Positions 17,213-28,136 of a stretch of DNA of 64,000 nt are shown piece by piece. The DNA comes from Chlorobium sp. Its GTDB lineage: Bacteria; Bacteroidota; Chlorobiia; Chlorobiales; Chlorobiaceae. How positions within the stretch are numbered: position 1 is the first letter of the stretch; each line of letters starts with the position of its first letter. Made by a program: the position numbers and the translations under genes. Where the stretch lies: assembly GCA_005843825.1 (NCBI GenBank), contig SZXX01000040.1, positions 2,215 through 66,214 on the forward strand, in the 5' to 3' direction. The notes beneath the pieces are model-generated. The model worked only from the letters and a program-made list of their open reading frames with translations, did no database searches and was not told the DNA's origin.

Positions 17213-18913
17213 TTGATGATGAGAATATTCTGCCCGCGAAAAAAAATCTTAGCCACATTAGTACTCCTGCTGCTCGCCGTAATGACTGCGTGCAGAAATA
17301 ACTCTGATGAACTTCGAAGCAACAGGATTATTGCGGGGATCTCTGCTGATTTTGATTATCTCAATCCTCTGCTTATTCAGCTTTCGATGTCGCGGGAGGT
17401 TTGCGGGTTGCTTTATCCTGCGCTGGTCAAAGCCTCGTATGACGAAAAAAATGGCCGAATATCCTTTCTGCCTAACACGGCAAAAAGCTGGGACTTTTCA
17501 GCGGATGGAAAAACAGTCACATTTCACCTTCGGAGCGGAGTTGCATGGGAGGATGGGATTAAGGTGACTTCGCATGATTTTAAATACTCCTATTCGTTAT
17601 ACAAGCATCCCAAAATTGCGAGCTCAAGGCAGCACTATCTCAATGATCTCCTGCTGCTTCCGGACGGAACAGCTGATATTGAGCATGCGGTTGAAACTCC
17701 TGATGACTCGACGCTGGTTCTGCATTTCAACAAGCCGATGGACAGCGATATTGTGCTTGATCATTTCAATGATCTGATGCCGGTAGCTGAACATATTTTC
17801 AAATCAATTAAACCTGATGAAATCCGCATCAAAGCTGCAGAAATACCGATAGTAGGCGCTGGCCCTTTCAAAGTGAAAAAATGGACACGCCAGACAAAAC
17901 TTGAACTTGTCAGTAACCCTTTATCACTGCTTCCAAGACCCGCTGCAATAAATACGATGATTTTCCTTGTGGTTCCGGAATACACCACAAGGCTTACCAT
18001 GCTTAAATCCGGCCAGATAGATGCCATGATATCGGCAGGAGGAATCAATCCAAAGGATATTAAAGAACTTACCAGAACCACACCGTCCATAGTGATCAAA
18101 CCGGTCAGGAACAGGTACTTCGACAGCATCGTCTGGCTTAATATTGATGGCGAGAGCTATCGCAAAAATGGCAGAATCCTACCTAACCCGCTGTTTGGCA
18201 GCAAGTTGGTCCGTCAGGCTCTTACGCTGGCCATTGACCGGCAGTCGATTATTGACGGGTTCATGGGGCCGGAGCACGCCACCATCATTAACACATCTCT
18301 TTCACCAGCCTATAAAGCGATCGCCAATACATCGCTTGACCCCTATAGCTATAACCCGAAAAAGGCCTTGGCGTTGCTGCATGAGGCAGGATGGAAACTT
18401 GGACAGGATGGCATTCTCGAGAAAAAGGGAAGAAAATTCTCGTTTGAACTTGCGGCTCCGGTCGGCAATCCACGCCGCAATTATGCTGCAACAATCGTCC
18501 AGCAGAACCTCCGGGAAATCGGCATTGACTGCCATCTGAAGTTTGATGAGAGTCTCATTTTTTTAAAGAACCAGAACGAGTTCCGCTATGATGCTGCACT
18601 CTCGGGAATGGCTGCTGAAACTCTACCGTTCCAGCTTATTATATGGGGTTCTGATTTTGCGAAACACCAGTTCAATTCATCTGCTTTTCAACATCAGGAG
18701 CTAGATACCGTTATTGCAGAACTCAACCGTCCACTCACTGAGGAGCGCAAAGTTGCACTATGGAAGAGCTACCAGAAGATTCTGAACGATGAGCAACCGA
18801 GAACCTTTCTCTATTACTACGATGAACTTGAGGGATTCAACCGCCGTGTCAAAAAGACTGACGTGAACCTGATATCTACACTTTACAATGCTTTCGAGTG
18901 GAGCATTAAGTAA
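17213..18913 (+). CDS. ABC transporter substrate-binding lipoprotein, family 5 (peptide/nickel type), orphan
   Basis: Lipobox-like LAVMTAC. 566 aa with overall SBP_bac_5-like motifs (NPL......R.V..L.Y..L, WEDG..VT..DF). No permease or ATPase genes adjacent. Confidence 0.75.
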   Translation: MMMRIFCPRKKILATLVLLLLAVMTACRNNSDELRSNRIIAGISADFDYLNPLLIQLSMSREVCGLLYPALVKASYDEKNGRISFLPNTAKSWDFSADGKTVTFHLRSGVAWEDGIKVTSHDFKYSYSLYKHPKIASSRQHYLNDLLLLPDGTADIEHAVETPDDSTLVLHFNKPMDSDIVLDHFNDLMPVAEHIFKSIKPDEIRIKAAEIPIVGAGPFKVKKWTRQTKLELVSNPLSLLPRPAAINTMIFLVVPEYTTRLTMLKSGQIDAMISAGGINPKDIKELTRTTPSIVIKPVRNRYFDSIVWLNIDGESYRKNGRILPNPLFGSKLVRQALTLAIDRQSIIDGFMGPEHATIINTSLSPAYKAIANTSLDPYSYNPKKALALLHEAGWKLGQDGILEKKGRKFSFELAAPVGNPRRNYAATIVQQNLREIGIDCHLKFDESLIFLKNQNEFRYDAALSGMAAETLPFQLIIWGSDFAKHQFNSSAFQHQELDTVIAELNRPLTEERKVALWKSYQKILNDEQPRTFLYYYDELEGFNRRVKKTDVNLISTLYNAFEWSIK

Positions 18914-19027
18914 AGGCAGAGCCTGTCAGCCTTCGCTTGTCGCCACTACCGATTTTTACTATATTCAACTACTTTTCTGTAAAGTAGTTAATGAATTTCT
19001 GCCCTTCACCAGTGAACTTGTAGTTTT

Positions 19028-19507
19028 ATGCCCCGTTATACACCTGAACAGCTTGAAAGAAGAAATGCATCGGTCTGGACAAAAGTTCAGGGAATTCTGG
19101 CGCCAATACAATTTCTGATGTTTCTTGTCGGTGTCACCGTCACCTACCTCTATCAGGCCCACATCTGGATTGACAATTTCTACTGGATTACTTTTTTTGT
19201 GATTCTGAAAACCCTGATGCTTGTGTTGATTTTTGTAACCGGAGGCTTTTTTGAACAAGAGGTATTCGGCGCATTTGCCTTTGCTCCTGAATTTTTCTGG
19301 GAGGATTTCGGTAGCGCTATAGCCATGGTTGTGCATATATCGTACTTCATACTGTTTTTTATGGGTCTTGATGAAACCATTCTTATCAGGACAGCACTGC
19401 TTGCCTATCTCAGTTATCTTATTAATGCTGCGCAATTCGTGATTCGGCTGCTTCTTGAAAAGCACAATGAAAAAAAGCTGAAGAGAGAGTCAGTTGAGCT
19501 GAAATAA
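19028..19507 (+). CDS. bchF: 2-vinyl bacteriochlorophyllide hydratase
   Basis: 159-aa membrane protein starting MPRYTPEQLERRNASVWTKVQGILAPIQF, typical of BchF. Followed by bchC and bchX. Confidence 0.8.
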   Translation: MPRYTPEQLERRNASVWTKVQGILAPIQFLMFLVGVTVTYLYQAHIWIDNFYWITFFVILKTLMLVLIFVTGGFFEQEVFGAFAFAPEFFWEDFGSAIAMVVHISYFILFFMGLDETILIRTALLAYLSYLINAAQFVIRLLLEKHNEKKLKRESVELK

Positions 19508-19524
19508 CCCGATAAATAAACGTT

Positions 19525-20511
19525 ATGAAAGCAAAAGCTATTGTCTTCAGAGGCGTAAAGCAGATAGAACTCAGTGAAGTTTCTCTGAAAGCCCTCTCTT
19601 CCACTGACGTTCTTGTTGAAACCTACTGGTCGTCGATCAGTACAGGGACTGAAAAAATGGCTTATAACGGCTTGATCCCTTCATGGCCGTTTATCTTTCC
19701 CTTTATTCCGGGGTATGAAACTGTTGGAAAGATTATTGAGGTGGGTGATCATGTCAATCAGAGCCTGATCGGAAAGTTTGCCTATGTTGCAGGCTCCTTC
19801 GGTTATGAGGGGGTTAATGCCGCTTTCGGCGGGGCTTCGGAATATATAGCCTGTCCGGTTGAGAGCATAACCGTTCTTGACAATCTTGAGAACCCTGAAT
19901 GCGGTATCGCCCTGCCTCTGGGAGCGACAGCCCTGCATATTGTTGATCTTGCTCAGGTTAAAAACAAGAAAGTGCTTGTGCTCGGTCAGGGTGCGGTCGG
20001 CATTCTCGCCGTCGAACTTGCAAAGCTTATGGGGGCCAAACTTGTAGCCGCAACTGATACAAAGAAAAAAAGACTTAATTATTCCACGGCGGACCTGAAG
20101 GTGAACGCTGAAACTGACGATGTCTCGGCTGCGCTTGCCGGTCATGAGTTTGACGTTCTGATAGACAGCACAGGTATCATGAGTGCCATTGATACTGGAC
20201 TCAGGTTCCTGAAGTTTCACGGGGTAGTTCTTTTCGGGGGCTATTACCAGAGAATAAACATCGATTACTCCCAGGCGTTTCAGAAAGAGCTCTCGTTCAT
20301 TGCAGCCAAACAATGGGCAAAAGGTGATCTTGAGCGCGTAAGGGAGCTTATCGCACAACATAAACTGAAGGCTGAACGGATTTTTACCCATCGTCATACC
20401 ATTGAGGAGGATATCTCTTCGGCCTACCTGCAGGCATTCAACGATCCTGAGTGCCTGAAAATGATTCTGGTCTGGAAAACCGATATACTGAAGCATGATA
20501 CAGAAAGCTAA
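19525..20511 (+). CDS. bchC: Bacteriochlorophyllide a dehydrogenase (Zn-dependent ADH family)
   Basis: MDR/ADH fold (GYETVGKIIEVG, GQGAVG). The conserved bchF-bchC-bchX order is known from Chlorobi and purple bacteria. Confidence 0.8.
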   Translation: MKAKAIVFRGVKQIELSEVSLKALSSTDVLVETYWSSISTGTEKMAYNGLIPSWPFIFPFIPGYETVGKIIEVGDHVNQSLIGKFAYVAGSFGYEGVNAAFGGASEYIACPVESITVLDNLENPECGIALPLGATALHIVDLAQVKNKKVLVLGQGAVGILAVELAKLMGAKLVAATDTKKKRLNYSTADLKVNAETDDVSAALAGHEFDVLIDSTGIMSAIDTGLRFLKFHGVVLFGGYYQRINIDYSQAFQKELSFIAAKQWAKGDLERVRELIAQHKLKAERIFTHRHTIEEDISSAYLQAFNDPECLKMILVWKTDILKHDTES

Positions 20512-20539
20512 TCGCCGGATAATTATAAGCAGTGACTGA

Positions 20540-21652
20540 ATGCCAGCAAGAACAATAGCTATTTATGGCAAGGGTGGAATAGGCAAGAGCTTTACGACAA
20601 CCAACCTGAGCGCCACCTTCGCCTTGATGAACAAACGGGTGCTGCAACTCGGCTGCGATCCTAAACACGACTCGACGACTTCCCTCTTTGGCGGTATTTC
20701 TCTTCCGACTGTAACTGACGTTTTTGCCGAAAAGAATGCCTTGAACGAGCAGGTTTCAGTGAGCGATATTGTATTCCGGAGAGATATTGCGGATTTCCCG
20801 CAACCCATTTACGGTGTGGAACTTGGAGGACCTCAGGTTGGCCGGGGATGCGGCGGAAGAGGAATTATATCGGGATTTGAGATACTCGAAAAACTGGGAA
20901 TTTTCAAATGGGATATAGATATCATTTTGATGGACTTTCTCGGGGATGTTGTCTGTGGGGGATTTGCAACCCCACTGGCCCGATCACTCTCGGAAGAGGT
21001 TATTCTTGTTACCAACAATGACCGGCAATCCATCTTTACGGCTAACAATATCTGCCAGGCAAACAACTATTTCAGAACTATCGGAGGGCAGTCTCGCCTG
21101 CTTGGGCTGATCATCAACCGCGATGACGGGAGCGGTGTTGCTGAAAAATATGCCGAAGCGGCAGGCATAACAGTGCTGATGAAAGTTCCTTATAACGCTG
21201 AAGCCCGTGATAAGGATGACAGTTTCGACTTTGCTGTACGTCTGCCTGAAATCCGTGACAAATTTCAGAAGCTTGCCGGTGACATTCTGGATAACAAGAT
21301 TACCCCTTGCGAAGCTGGCGGCCTTGATTTTATGGGTTTTGTCCGCCTTTTCGGTGAGGTCAGTGATGATAACCCCTTAGCGGCAAGTGCTGAAGAGCTT
21401 TTCGGGAAAAAAGGGAGTTCTTCTGGATCAGCAGAGAGTGAAGAAAAAACTGCGATCGAAAGTGATACCCTGAAGATGACGAGGTGTATTGGTAAGCTTG
21501 CGGCTGAGGAACAAGAGGTATACCGAATGGCAGAGCAGGAAAAAAGAAGCTTCAGCGAGATTGCTGAATTGACACACAGGGAGGAATCAGATGTCCGGGA
21601 ACTGTTTTCCAGTGCCCGGAGTCAACTGACAAGACTTTTCTTCGAGAATTAG
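20540..21652 (+). CDS. bchX: Chlorophyllide a reductase iron protein subunit X with a C-terminal extension
   Basis: NifH/BchL/BchX family: IAIYGKGGIGKSFTTTNLS, LGCDPKHDSTTSLFGG, CGGF cluster ligands. The KSF and TSLFGG variants favour BchX over BchL. Confidence 0.8.
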   Translation: MPARTIAIYGKGGIGKSFTTTNLSATFALMNKRVLQLGCDPKHDSTTSLFGGISLPTVTDVFAEKNALNEQVSVSDIVFRRDIADFPQPIYGVELGGPQVGRGCGGRGIISGFEILEKLGIFKWDIDIILMDFLGDVVCGGFATPLARSLSEEVILVTNNDRQSIFTANNICQANNYFRTIGGQSRLLGLIINRDDGSGVAEKYAEAAGITVLMKVPYNAEARDKDDSFDFAVRLPEIRDKFQKLAGDILDNKITPCEAGGLDFMGFVRLFGEVSDDNPLAASAEELFGKKGSSSGSAESEEKTAIESDTLKMTRCIGKLAAEEQEVYRMAEQEKRSFSEIAELTHREESDVRELFSSARSQLTRLFFEN

Positions 21653-23475
21653 GCGTTCGCCTTTTTAGTGGCCTTCTGACGGAGGTTCACGTCAAGTATC
21701 TTCTTCCGGAGTCGGATACTCTGCGGTGTTACCTCAAGAAGCTCATCATCATTGATAAACTCAAGCGCCTGCTCCAAGGAAAGAATTTTTGGAGGTGTCA
21801 GGCGAAGCGATTCATCAGTTCCTGATGAGCGCATGTTGCTGAGCTTTTTGGTTTTGCAGACATTGATGGTAATGTCAAGTCCTCTTGTCGATTCACCGAC
21901 AATCATACCTGCATAGACCTTGGTGTTTGGTGAAACAAAAAATGTTCCACGATCTTCAAGTGCGCTCAGTGAGTATGCAACACAGGTTCCTGTTTCAGCA
22001 ACAACAAGTGCACCGCTCTCTCTTGAGGGCAGTTTACCCTTGAATGGCTGGTATTCAAAGAATACATGCGACATCATTCCTTCGCCTTTGGTATCGGTGG
22101 TAAACTCAAGGTTGTAACCGATCAGGCCTCTTGTCGGAATTTCAAATTCAACTCTGACCATGCCACCGCGAAGGGTGCCCATGTGCGTCATTTCAGCCTT
22201 TCTGCGACCCATTTTTTCGATAATGACACCGGTATACTCTTCTGGAATATCGATGGTGACGTGCTCAATCGGCTCAAGCAGGGTACCTTCCTCATCATGG
22301 TGCATGATAACTTCAGGCCTTGCAATGGCAACTTCAAAACCTTCGCGCCTCATGGTTTCAATCAGGACTGAAAGGTGAAGCTCTCCACGTCCTGAAACAC
22401 GGAAAGTATCGGCACTGTCTGTCTCTTCAACGTTGAGAGCCACATTGGTCATTTTCTCTTTCATCAGCCTTTCACGAATCTTGCGACTGGTAACCTCCTT
22501 GCCTTCAAGTCCTGCAAAGGGAGAGTCGTTCACGGAAAAAAGCATGGAAAGCGTTGGTTTGCTGATATCGAAAGAAGCCAGCGAAACAGGATCGTCAACA
22601 GAGGCAAGTGTCATACCTACTGTGGCATCAGGAATACCTGCAATAGCAATAATATCGCCTGAAGTCGCCTCTTTGGATTCGATTTTCTGAAGCTTGTCGA
22701 AGAGGAATACTTTGGTTACGGATCCCTTTCCAATGACACCGTCAGGACCTACAACTGCAAGCTGACTGCCAGGGCTGACCTTGCCGCGTTGGATACGACC
22801 GATCGCAATCTTGCCGATGTAGTCGCTATAGTCAAGCGTTGTTACCAGCATCTGGAAGCCGCCTTCGTCGTGGGCAACCGGTGGCGGGATCTCCTTGATA
22901 ATCATGTCGAGCAGAAGGCTCATATCGCCATCTTCATCATCCATGCTGTATTTGGCAACACCATTTTTAGCGGAAGTAAAGATGTAAGGGAAGTCAAGCT
23001 GATGCTCTTCGGCACCAAGTGCAATGAAGAGATCAAGAACCTGATCGTGAACCTTGATCGGGTCAGACTGAGGGCGATCTATCTTGTTAATGACAACAAT
23101 AGGCTTCAAGTGCAGCTCAAGGGCTTTGCGCAGAACAAACTTTGTCTGCGGCATAGGACCTTCAAACGCGTCAACAAGAAGCAGAACACCATCAACCATC
23201 TGGAGAATACGCTCTACCTCGCCGCCAAAGTCGGCATGACCCGGTGTATCGACGATGTTGATTTTATGGTCGTTATAGACTGCAGCTGCGTTCTTTGAAA
23301 ATATGGTAATGCCACGCTCTTTTTCCTGAGGATTTGAATCAAGTACCCTGACGCTTACCTGCTGATTATCCCTGAATGCACCTGTCTTCTGAAAAATAGA
23401 ATCCACAAGTGTCGTTTTTCCATGATCAACGTGCGCGATAATGGCTATATTTCTAATATTCTTGGTCGATCTCAT
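21649..23475 (-). CDS. typA: Translational GTPase TypA/BipA
   Basis: [38 protein letters not shown]. 608 aa. Confidence 0.95.
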   Translation of the reverse strand: MRSTKNIRNIAIIAHVDHGKTTLVDSIFQKTGAFRDNQQVSVRVLDSNPQEKERGITIFSKNAAAVYNDHKINIVDTPGHADFGGEVERILQMVDGVLLLVDAFEGPMPQTKFVLRKALELHLKPIVVINKIDRPQSDPIKVHDQVLDLFIALGAEEHQLDFPYIFTSAKNGVAKYSMDDEDGDMSLLLDMIIKEIPPPVAHDEGGFQMLVTTLDYSDYIGKIAIGRIQRGKVSPGSQLAVVGPDGVIGKGSVTKVFLFDKLQKIESKEATSGDIIAIAGIPDATVGMTLASVDDPVSLASFDISKPTLSMLFSVNDSPFAGLEGKEVTSRKIRERLMKEKMTNVALNVEETDSADTFRVSGRGELHLSVLIETMRREGFEVAIARPEVIMHHDEEGTLLEPIEHVTIDIPEEYTGVIIEKMGRRKAEMTHMGTLRGGMVRVEFEIPTRGLIGYNLEFTTDTKGEGMMSHVFFEYQPFKGKLPSRESGALVVAETGTCVAYSLSALEDRGTFFVSPNTKVYAGMIVGESTRGLDITINVCKTKKLSNMRSSGTDESLRLTPPKILSLEQALEFINDDELLEVTPQSIRLRKKILDVNLRQKATKKANA

Positions 23476-23647
23476 CTTTTTTCCTTGTAAATAAAGTATA
23501 TTTGCATCAAGTATGGGCCCGAATATACATCTTTTATTTGTAATTACGGCACAATCTTTCTATACGGGTAAACTAGTTGAATAGTAACAATCCCGGAGAG
23601 CAAAGAATTCATATTAGTGCCATTCACCCCACCTATAGCTCCTTGAC

Positions 23648-24496
23648 ATGAACAATATATTATTCAACAACCTTCCTTTACTCGTTCTTAACCAGGTTGT
23701 TTCATTGCTCTATCTCTCGACAACATTTCTCTATGGAGCGCATTTTTTCAAGGACATCCAGTTTGCCAAAACATATAAGCAGCCACTTCTTGCGATGACT
23801 GTTCTGACCCACGTGGTTTACCTTGGCCTTCTGACCTCTCTGGAAGGGTACAAGATCAGCTATTCGACGGTCAATCTCATGACAATGGTAGCGCTCACCC
23901 TGACCATTACCTACCTTTTCATTGAGTTTACAACCAAAAGCGACAAGACAGGGTTTTTTGTTATCGCCTTTGCCGCCGGTGCGCAGCTTATCTCTTCCAT
24001 TCTTACCGCTCAGCTTCCAAATACCGGAGTTGGAACATTCAACGGCATTGGAATGGGGGTACACCTTATTGCTTCTATTTTCGGGTTCAGCGCCATAGCA
24101 ATTGCAGGGCTTTACAGTATTCTCTATCTGCTGCTCTTCCGTCAGATAGAACAAAACCGTTTCGAATTACTGTTTCAGCGTCTTCCGAACCTTGAAGTGC
24201 TTGAAAAGCTCACGATGCATGCCGTCTCTTTCGGGTTTCTCTTTCTCTCCATTACCCTTTTTGCCGGCGTAATGGAGCAGCAGGCTTCCGGCCAGGTAAT
24301 AAGTCTGCTTGAACCAAAGCTCTTCACGCTGATTGTCATATGGCTGCTTTACGGGACAAGTATTTTTATCAAACCGATTATCGGCTGGGACATAAAGCAT
24401 ATGGCCTATTTATTTATCATTCTTTTTGTCTTCATTACCCTGTTGATCGTTCTCATGACGTTTTTTTCGCCGACGTTCCATAAGCTGACCTTATAA
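23648..24496 (+). CDS. Cytochrome c assembly (CcsA/HemX-like) membrane protein
   Basis: Polytopic 282-aa protein immediately upstream of hemA, as in Bacillus hemAXCD-type clusters. Confidence 0.65.
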   Translation: MNNILFNNLPLLVLNQVVSLLYLSTTFLYGAHFFKDIQFAKTYKQPLLAMTVLTHVVYLGLLTSLEGYKISYSTVNLMTMVALTLTITYLFIEFTTKSDKTGFFVIAFAAGAQLISSILTAQLPNTGVGTFNGIGMGVHLIASIFGFSAIAIAGLYSILYLLLFRQIEQNRFELLFQRLPNLEVLEKLTMHAVSFGFLFLSITLFAGVMEQQASGQVISLLEPKLFTLIVIWLLYGTSIFIKPIIGWDIKHMAYLFIILFVFITLLIVLMTFFSPTFHKLTL

Positions 24497-24598
24497 ATTA
24501 GTTATGTTTGAAATTATGGGCTTTTAGGGTATATTTCGAGCTCATTGCTTTGTTCTGGATACAGTATCCTTAACCGGCTCACTTAAAATAACTCTGCT

Positions 24599-25876
24599 AT
24601 GAATATCATTTCAGTTGGTGTCAACCACAAGACAGCACCTATTGAAATCCGCGAAAGAATCTCCCTCACCGAAGATCAGAACAAGGAGTTCATTACCGGC
24701 CTTATTTCAAGCGGACTGGCTCATGAAGCCATGGTGATTTCAACCTGTAACCGTACTGAGCTGTATGTCGTGCCGGCTATGCACGAAGTTACGGGTGAGT
24801 TCCTCAAGGAGTATCTCATCTCTTTCAAGGATGCTCGCAAGGAGGTTCGACCGGAACATTTCTTCAACCGCTTTTACTGCGGCACTGCCCGCCACATATT
24901 TGAAGTCGCAAGCGCTATTGATTCGCTTGTCCTTGGTGAAGGACAGATTCTCGGCCAGGTTAAAAACGCCTATCGAATAGCAGCCGAAACACAGTCTGCA
25001 GGTATTCTTCTTACGCGCCTCTGCCATACAGCATTCAGTGTGGCAAAGAAGGTCAAGACAAAAACAAAAATCATGGAGGGGGCTGTATCGGTAAGCTATG
25101 CTGCCGTTGAACTCGCCCAGAAGATATTTTCGAACCTCTCCTTGAAGAAGGTGCTGCTTATCGGAGCCGGTGAAACCGGTGAACTGGCGGCGAAACACAT
25201 GTTTCAGAAAAACGCCCGCAATATTGTTATTACCAACAGAACACTATCCAAAGCTGAGACTCTCGCTGAAGAGCTCACTACTAAACAGGTTCTGCCCTTT
25301 GAAACGTTCAAGGATCATCTTCATGAATTTGATATTATCATCACGGCAGTCAGCACCAAGGAGTATATCCTTACAGAGGCTGAAATGCACCAGGCCATGC
25401 TTAAACGCAAGCTGAAACCTGTCATTATTCTTGATCTCGGTTTACCGAGGAATGTTGATCCCGGTATTGCAAAGCTGCAGAACATGTTCCTGAAGGACAT
25501 TGATGCTCTGAAGCATATTATTGATAAAAACCTTGAAAAGCGCAGTGCTGAACTGCCTAAGGTAACTGCCATAATCGAAGAGGAGCTTGTGGCTTTCGGT
25601 CAATGGATCAACACATTGAAAGTTCGTCCTACCATTGTGGATCTCCAGTCGAAGTTCATTGAAATCAAGGAAAAAGAGATAGAGAGATACCGTTACAAGG
25701 TAAGCGAAGAGGAACTCGCAAGAATGGAACACCTTACTGACAGGATCCTGAAAAAAATCCTGCATCATCCTATCAAAATGCTCAAAGCCCCTATTGACAC
25801 CACTGACTCGATACCGAGCAGAGTCAATCTTGTCCGCAACGTATTCGATCTTGAAGAACCAAATCAGTCACACTAA
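24599..25876 (+). CDS. hemA: Glutamyl-tRNA reductase
   Basis: [41 protein letters not shown]. Confidence 0.95.
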   Translation: MNIISVGVNHKTAPIEIRERISLTEDQNKEFITGLISSGLAHEAMVISTCNRTELYVVPAMHEVTGEFLKEYLISFKDARKEVRPEHFFNRFYCGTARHIFEVASAIDSLVLGEGQILGQVKNAYRIAAETQSAGILLTRLCHTAFSVAKKVKTKTKIMEGAVSVSYAAVELAQKIFSNLSLKKVLLIGAGETGELAAKHMFQKNARNIVITNRTLSKAETLAEELTTKQVLPFETFKDHLHEFDIIITAVSTKEYILTEAEMHQAMLKRKLKPVIILDLGLPRNVDPGIAKLQNMFLKDIDALKHIIDKNLEKRSAELPKVTAIIEEELVAFGQWINTLKVRPTIVDLQSKFIEIKEKEIERYRYKVSEEELARMEHLTDRILKKILHHPIKMLKAPIDTTDSIPSRVNLVRNVFDLEEPNQSH

Positions 25877-25895
25877 ATAAAAATCTGTAATTGCA

Positions 25896-26837
25896 TTGAA
25901 AAAACAGCTCATCATCGGCACAAGATCCAGCCCACTCGCGTTGTGGCAGGCTGAATTTATCAAATCGGAACTTTCCAGACATTATCCTGAGCTTGAAATC
26001 ACACTGAAACTGGTTAAAACAACCGGTGATGTGCTTCTTGACTCTCCCCTTTCAAAAATCGGGGACATGGGGCTGTTTACCAAAGACATCGAAAAACATC
26101 TGATCACCAAGGAGATCGACTTGGCGGTTCACAGTCTTAAGGATGTCCCTACAAGCACACCCGAAGGACTTCTTATTACCTCTTTTACCGAACGTGAAGA
26201 CACAAGGGATGTCATCATTTCAAAGAACGGGGTAAAACTGAAGGATCTGCCACAGGGCGCAAAAGTAGCCACAAGCAGCCTTCGTCGTATGTCTCAGTTG
26301 CTGAGCCTGCGTCCTGATCTGGATATCCGCGATATCAGAGGTAATCTCAACACTCGCTTCCAGAAGTTTGATGAAGGAGAATTTGACGCAATGATGCTTG
26401 CCTATGCCGGCGTATTCCGCCTGAACTTTAGCGATCGCATCTCTGAAATCCTTCCGCACGAAGTCATGCTTCCTGCAGTTGGACAAGGTGCTCTCGGTAT
26501 TGAGACCCGTGTTGATGATGAACAGACAAGAGAGATTGTAAGAGTCCTCAATCATTCCACCACAGAATACTGCTGCAGGGCTGAACGCGCATTGCTCCGT
26601 CATCTGCAGGGTGGCTGCCAGATTCCTATCGGCGCCTATGCTTCGTTTAAAAACGGCACACTGAAACTTCTTGCCTATGTAGGTTCGGTTGACGGCAAAA
26701 CTGGACTGCACAATGAAATCACTAAAACCGGCCTTACTTCGCCCGAGCAGGCTGAAGAAGTCGGTATTGCGCTGGCAAACGAACTGCTGAAGCAGGGTGC
26801 GGAAAAAATTCTGTCGGAAATCCGCAAAACCCGCTGA
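25896..26837 (+). CDS. hemC: Hydroxymethylbilane synthase (porphobilinogen deaminase)
   Basis: [39 protein letters not shown]. Apparent TTG start. Confidence 0.95.
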   Translation: MKKQLIIGTRSSPLALWQAEFIKSELSRHYPELEITLKLVKTTGDVLLDSPLSKIGDMGLFTKDIEKHLITKEIDLAVHSLKDVPTSTPEGLLITSFTEREDTRDVIISKNGVKLKDLPQGAKVATSSLRRMSQLLSLRPDLDIRDIRGNLNTRFQKFDEGEFDAMMLAYAGVFRLNFSDRISEILPHEVMLPAVGQGALGIETRVDDEQTREIVRVLNHSTTEYCCRAERALLRHLQGGCQIPIGAYASFKNGTLKLLAYVGSVDGKTGLHNEITKTGLTSPEQAEEVGIALANELLKQGAEKILSEIRKTR

Positions 26838-27577
26838 TGAAAACTGTCCTTGTCACTCGACCGAAAGATCAGGCAGCCTCATTTGTTAAAGAACTGGAAC
26901 AGTATGGTCTGAGCTCTTTTGTCTTTCCGACAATCGAGATCAGACCGGTTTCCGGCTGGAAAGTTCCTGAGCTGGGCCGGTTTGACGGGGTCTTTTTTAC
27001 AAGTCCAAACAGTGTCAGCTTTTTTATGGAGCGCATGCTCCTCGAAAGTCCTGAAGAACTGAAAAACCTCCAAAAGCTCAAAGTATGGGCTGTAGGAAAA
27101 ACAACTGCTCAGGACCTTGCTCTCCATGGCGTTACTACTGAACCGATACCCAAGATTGCTGATGCCGTTACCCTGATGGAAGAGATCGGTGATGATGCAA
27201 TTAAGGGGAACACTTTTCTTTTTCTCAGAGGGAGTCTTTCACTGGGGACCATTCCTCATGTTATAGAAAAACGGGGAGGAACCTGTGTGGAGCTGACTGT
27301 TTACGAAAACCTTCCTCCTTCTCTTGAAGAGAGTACGAAGGTTAAAAAACTGCTTGCAGAAGGCGAGCTTTCCTGCCTTTCATTTACCAGCCCATCTACG
27401 GCGGTTAATTTTTTTGAAGCCCTCGGAACCACTACCCTGCCCTGTGGAGTGCAGATAGCTGCAATAGGCACTACAACAGCGAGTGCGCTCAAGAAGCTTG
27501 GTATCCAGGTTGATGTTATCCCGGAAGATTTCAATGCTTCAAGCTTTGCCAAAGCCATCGCCAAAGCTCTGCAGTAA
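26837..27577 (+). CDS. hemD: Uroporphyrinogen-III synthase
   Basis: 246 aa, VLVTRP..Q, FTSPN/FTSPS duplicated half-domains. The start overlaps the hemC stop. Confidence 0.85.
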   Translation: MKTVLVTRPKDQAASFVKELEQYGLSSFVFPTIEIRPVSGWKVPELGRFDGVFFTSPNSVSFFMERMLLESPEELKNLQKLKVWAVGKTTAQDLALHGVTTEPIPKIADAVTLMEEIGDDAIKGNTFLFLRGSLSLGTIPHVIEKRGGTCVELTVYENLPPSLEESTKVKKLLAEGELSCLSFTSPSTAVNFFEALGTTTLPCGVQIAAIGTTTASALKKLGIQVDVIPEDFNASSFAKAIAKALQ

Positions 27578-27596
27578 GCGGTATTTATTGTATCCC

Positions 27597-28130
27597 CTAA
27601 ACATCATCATCGGGCAGATCATGTTCAATGTCAGGAATATCATCGTCCAGAAACACCTGACTTGCAACGAATTCGGTTTCTTCCAATTCAATCTTTTCCA
27701 GTTCCTTTTTTTCCTCAAAAAGCGGGAACTGCCGCTCACGCTCCGATTGATGAAAGCGGGAAGCTTTGCTCCTTTTCAGAGAAAGGTCATCAACGCTCTC
27801 TCCACTTTCATTCTCATCTTCTTCCTGCCTTGAAGATTTCCCTTGTTGTGCTGCAAGTGATTTTTTCTGCCGGGATGGCACTCGCTGATTCATTTTTTCA
27901 AACGATGCAAATTCCTGTTCGAGCGTCTCCCTGACTGATTCCTCAAGCTCCATGCGCATGGCATGCAGCAACTGAACAGAATCAGCTCTATGCTGGGCAA
28001 GTTCGCGGCGAAGTTCCCGTCCGGTTTTTTCAATTTCCTTCCGTTCTCTCCCAGGCCAGCCACTCAGCATAAGGGCAAGTACACCGACAAGCAGGACAAC
28101 AATTACGATAAGCAGCGGAATTATCATCAT
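27597..28130 (-). CDS. Hypothetical membrane-anchored coiled-coil protein with acidic tail
   Basis: N-terminal TM (IIPLLIVIVVLLVGVLALML), charged heptad-like region, C-terminal DDDIPDIEHDLPDDDV. Six nt downstream of the IMPase-like gene. Confidence 0.5.
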   Translation of the reverse strand: MMIIPLLIVIVVLLVGVLALMLSGWPGRERKEIEKTGRELRRELAQHRADSVQLLHAMRMELEESVRETLEQEFASFEKMNQRVPSRQKKSLAAQQGKSSRQEEDENESGESVDDLSLKRSKASRFHQSERERQFPLFEEKKELEKIELEETEFVASQVFLDDDIPDIEHDLPDDDV

Positions 28131-28136
28131 GAATTG

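Noticed and set aside
18967-18989. AACTACTTT/AAAGTAGTT hairpin after the SBP gene as a terminator
   Set aside because: The stem is entirely AT-rich (9 bp) with no U-tract, so the predicted stability is too low to call.
18965-19465. 166-aa minus-strand ORF
   Set aside because: It is antisense to bchF, whose product has a characteristic BchF N-terminus. There is no independent support.
19681-20496. 271-aa ORF on the minus strand
   Set aside because: It lies entirely antisense to the well-supported bchC gene, has no recognisable motifs and has an odd composition. It is a typical shadow ORF.
22789-23298. 169-aa plus-strand ORF
   Set aside because: It is antisense to typA, which has unambiguous GTPase motifs. 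It is a shadow ORF.
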